Positions 7,974-10,457 of a DNA stretch of 10,457 bases are shown here, piece after piece. A program made the position numbers and the translations under genes. Origin of the DNA: an uncultured delta proteobacterium. GTDB taxonomy: Bacteria > Desulfobacterota > Binatia > UBA9968. Each line of letters starts with the position of its first letter. Positions within the stretch are counted from its first letter, which is position 1. Under the pieces are notes generated by a model. The model was not told the origin of the DNA. It made no database searches and saw only the letters and a list, made by a program, of their open reading frames with translations. The stretch covers positions 1-10,457 of the forward strand of contig CAWJBB010000043.1 of the NCBI GenBank assembly GCA_963840855.1, in the 5' to 3' direction.

Positions 7974-9344
7974 TCATTCCCCGCCTAAATGGATCATGAG
8001 TTCCTTTACTGAATCAAGTTCCTCCAAGCGTCCAACTGTTTGGATGATGGCTGCTTGCTTCTCTTTGCCGAGCATTGGGCTTGTGAGCTTGGTAAACTTT
8101 TGTTGGATCAGCTCATCGGTAACGCGGTTTTTGTGGTGCCCGGGTGGATAGAGGGTTGTCGCCTCACAGCTCTGCCCGTTTTTTGTTCTAAGAACCACAC
8201 GGCTCACGGCAGCTTCCGGCCAATGCTGGTCGAGAGACGCATCCGACTGAAGCGTGGTCCGATCAATAACAGAGAGAACATTAGGATCGCGCAGCTTTGC
8301 ATCAGTATACTGCTCGGGTCCAAGTTCCCCATCCACCATGGCGACAGCCAAGCTGTAAACCAGGCTGTGATTTGCGGTGTCTCGATTCTGCGGCCTCAAC
8401 CTGGAGGTACTGTTCCATATTCCGTCGTGTCCAATGTGTTCTTTAGTCGGTAGAAAAAGAGTAATGGCTTCGACGTCGCGCCAGCTTAGGCGGTGCTTCT
8501 CGAGCAAGCTGAACACACTGGTTACGGCAGTCTGGGCGGTGCGAACAGTGTTGAACCATTTGGTATTAACCTCCATTACCTTATACTCAACCACGGGCGC
8601 CAGCAGACGCTCCATATCGATCCCCCCTGCCACGGCCTTTTCAAATACACCCGCGCTGTCGATAATGTCCGTCGGCCCGGTTAGCCCCGCGCTAGCCATG
8701 AGAGCCCCTAGAATTCCAGTCGATGACACCATTCCATCGGCAACGCTCTTGCTGGCGGGAATACTACCACTGTTGACGCTCAAGGCATTGGCGTGAGTCG
8801 CAGCGATAGCAAGAGCGTTCTCCAATCGATTGATGTCGAGACCCAGAAGCTTACCCACGGCCAGGGGTACGGAAAATTCCAGGTACGTGCCGCTGAACCA
8901 GCCGCGAGAGCCGATCTTGCACGCCTCTTGGAAACGAATCTGGATCTCATACCCGGCCACGATGGCGGCTATCAGATTTTTTCCGCTGGCGCTTACGCGC
9001 TCGGCGACAGCTAGACAGGGTGGAATATTAAAACAGGGGTGGCAGGCATCAGGACCCGCGTGCGAGTCCATGTAATCCAGGTAGCGCAGCATCGTCGAAT
9101 TCACCAGAGCAGCCTTCTCGCACGACGTTCGGTAGGTAGCGCCAAGGACGGTGGACTCGGGCTTCCCTCCCAAGTCAGCCGCCACGTTGCGCATGATGAC
9201 GCTCGGCTCTCCATGAAAGCCGCCGAAGGCGCAGCCCAAGGCATCCAGGACCCGCCGCTTTGTTTCTTTCACAACCTCTTCCGGCAACTTACTGAATCGG
9301 ATGTCTGACACTAGTTCTGCCAAACTATTAGCTACTGTCTTCAT
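7974..9344 (-). CDS. MmgE/PrpD family protein (2-methylcitrate dehydratase / iminodisuccinate epimerase / cis-aconitate decarboxylase fold)
   Basis: LPEEVV...KRRVLDALGCAFGG, AALVN.TM.RYLDYMD, HP, LAVAE, AIVAGYE, TANHSL.Y.LA.A.VDG, PPGH..N and KF motifs. A GGAGG RBS lies at 9355-9351. Confidence 0.92.
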   Translation of the reverse strand: MKTVANSLAELVSDIRFSKLPEEVVKETKRRVLDALGCAFGGFHGEPSVIMRNVAADLGGKPESTVLGATYRTSCEKAALVNSTMLRYLDYMDSHAGPDACHPCFNIPPCLAVAERVSASGKNLIAAIVAGYEIQIRFQEACKIGSRGWFSGTYLEFSVPLAVGKLLGLDINRLENALAIAATHANALSVNSGSIPASKSVADGMVSSTGILGALMASAGLTGPTDIIDSAGVFEKAVAGGIDMERLLAPVVEYKVMEVNTKWFNTVRTAQTAVTSVFSLLEKHRLSWRDVEAITLFLPTKEHIGHDGIWNSTSRLRPQNRDTANHSLVYSLAVAMVDGELGPEQYTDAKLRDPNVLSVIDRTTLQSDASLDQHWPEAAVSRVVLRTKNGQSCEATTLYPPGHHKNRVTDELIQQKFTKLTSPMLGKEKQAAIIQTVGRLEELDSVKELMIHLGGE

Positions 9345-9510
9345 CTAACCCCTCCCAAGCGAGCGCCTCACTCAAATTGTAATTGAGCAGGCAAACCTTA
9401 TGAGACTTTTTGGCCGCCGTCTCTAGGTAATTGCAAAGCGTTTCCACGATAACGGCCAATTCCACGAAATTAAAGGGGAACAACATCGGTCGTTGTCTAC
9501 GGCATCATAG

Positions 9511-10224
9511 CTATCTATCCAGCTCAGGATAGTGGCGAAAGATGCCTTGTTGATTGAAAGGCAAGCGTCGGTCGGACGCGAGGTATCTGGCGAGTCGGCG
9601 GCGAGCCGCGACGCGGTCATGGAGCCTCACCAGGCGAGAATGTCTGGACTCCAGCTTCGCCATCGCGCGCGGAAAGGAGTAGCGCAAGCCTTCGATCATC
9701 TGAAACATCGACAGATCGACGTACGAAGCTGCTTTGCCGACGAGATAGTCGCTTTTATTGCGCTTCAACACCTGCCCGAAATAATCCAGGAACTTCGGCA
9801 GGCGCTCGGCCCTGAACTCTGCCGCGCGCCGCTTCGCTTCGCGCTTCTGGTCCTCGTAATAGAGACCGCCGGAGATCGGATGATGGCTATCGTGGACCTC
9901 GGCGACCCAATCGGCGATGGTGAGCTGCAGCTGATGCGCCCAGAGCCGGCTTGCCTCGTCTTTCCGCACCAGGCCGAGTCGCGGGCCGAGATACAGAAGG
10001 ATGTTTGCGGTTTGCGCGATCACCAGCTTGCCGGCTTTTAAAAACGGCGGCGCAAACGGGGAGCGCCCGACCGAGCGACTTTCCATCAAGCGCATCATCC
10101 CCGCCATGCCGTGCTTGGATTGGCGCGCAACGTCCACGTAATCCGCGCCGGCGTCCTCCAACGCAAGTCGAACAAACTCCCCGCGGCCCTGTATCGAGGG
10201 CCAGTAGTACAGCTCGTAGCGCAT
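9511..10224 (-). CDS. Glutathione S-transferase (Tyr-type, sigma-like bacterial GST)
   Basis: YELYYWP.IQGRGEFVRLALE N-terminus, FAPPFL (cis-Pro region), IAQTANIL.YL and the C-terminal SYVDL N-capping motif. A GGAGG RBS lies at 10238-10234. Confidence 0.92.
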   Translation of the reverse strand: MRYELYYWPSIQGRGEFVRLALEDAGADYVDVARQSKHGMAGMMRLMESRSVGRSPFAPPFLKAGKLVIAQTANILLYLGPRLGLVRKDEASRLWAHQLQLTIADWVAEVHDSHHPISGGLYYEDQKREAKRRAAEFRAERLPKFLDYFGQVLKRNKSDYLVGKAASYVDLSMFQMIEGLRYSFPRAMAKLESRHSRLVRLHDRVAARRRLARYLASDRRLPFNQQGIFRHYPELDR

Positions 10225-10285
10225 GTGGGTTTTCCTCCGCTAGAGTCTTGGGAGATCACCCAGACCGCCAGACTGTGTGAAAACT

Positions 10286-10376
10286 CCGTTCATAGTTCGA
10301 CTAGGCTCACCACGAACGGATATCGGACATTACAAATCAAGCATTTAGCCGTTCGCCCTGAGCTACGTCTAAGGGC
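10286..10376. repeat. Pair of inverted REP-like hairpin units inside the MITE
   Basis: Unit 1 is CCGTTCATAGT-tcgactaggctc-ACCACGAACGG (10286-10319, 9/11 stem). Unit 2 (10349-10376), read on the - strand, is GCCCT-tagacgtagctc-AGGGC-GAACGG. The units share the loop pattern (t.gac..gctc) and the GCTCA-nnn-CGAACGG tail. Confidence 0.65.
10335..10347 (+). promoter_or_regulatory. IHF consensus site (WATCAANNNNTTR) between the two REP-like units
   Basis: AATCAAGCATTTA matches the E. coli IHF consensus at all defined positions and lies in the AT-rich spacer of the element. Confidence 0.5.
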
Positions 10377-10457
10377 TCCTAATGAGTTTTCACACAGTCT
10401 GCCGCACGGGGTGATAACAATCACCAACGCCAATTCGCGTAATCCTTTACCCGGATT

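Larger units (their letters stand above)
10269..10401. mobile_element. 133-bp non-autonomous MITE-like element with 18-bp perfect TIRs and a 4-bp target duplication
   Basis: CAGACTGTGTGAAAACTC (10269-10286) and its exact reverse complement GAGTTTTCACACAGTCTG (10384-10401). CCGC flanks both ends directly (10265-10268 and 10402-10405). The element is too short to encode a transposase. Confidence 0.85.

Noticed and set aside
10269-10401. CRISPR array, attC site or tRNA interpretation of the palindromic element
   Set aside because: No periodic repeat-spacer units, no RYYYAAC/GTTRRRY ends and no cloverleaf. TIRs plus a target duplication fit a MITE better.

Overview
GC-rich bacterial window with eight well-supported CDSs. 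On the + strand are a pyruvoyl-dependent arginine decarboxylase with an unusual C-terminal tail of about 108 aa, and an ABC-type substrate-binding protein (SBP). Converging on them from the - strand are a glutathione S-transferase, an MmgE/PrpD-family protein, a second paralogous SBP, a non-canonical (Ltp2/SCP2-like) thiolase-family protein translationally coupled to a DUF35 Zn-ribbon/OB-fold protein, and a fused NDP-forming acyl-CoA synthetase. Together these look like an uncharacterised CoA-dependent catabolic module. The most striking non-coding feature is a 133-bp MITE-like element at 10269-10401. It has perfect 18-bp terminal inverted repeats and a 4-bp target duplication (CCGC) at the exact centre of a palindromic target. 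Inside, two inverted REP-like hairpins flank a perfect IHF consensus site, which resembles E. coli RIP/BIME-1 architecture. The second SBP has a short upstream ORF that overlaps its start and may be the frameshifted N-terminus of its signal peptide. All family calls come from motif recognition by eye; no database searches were run.
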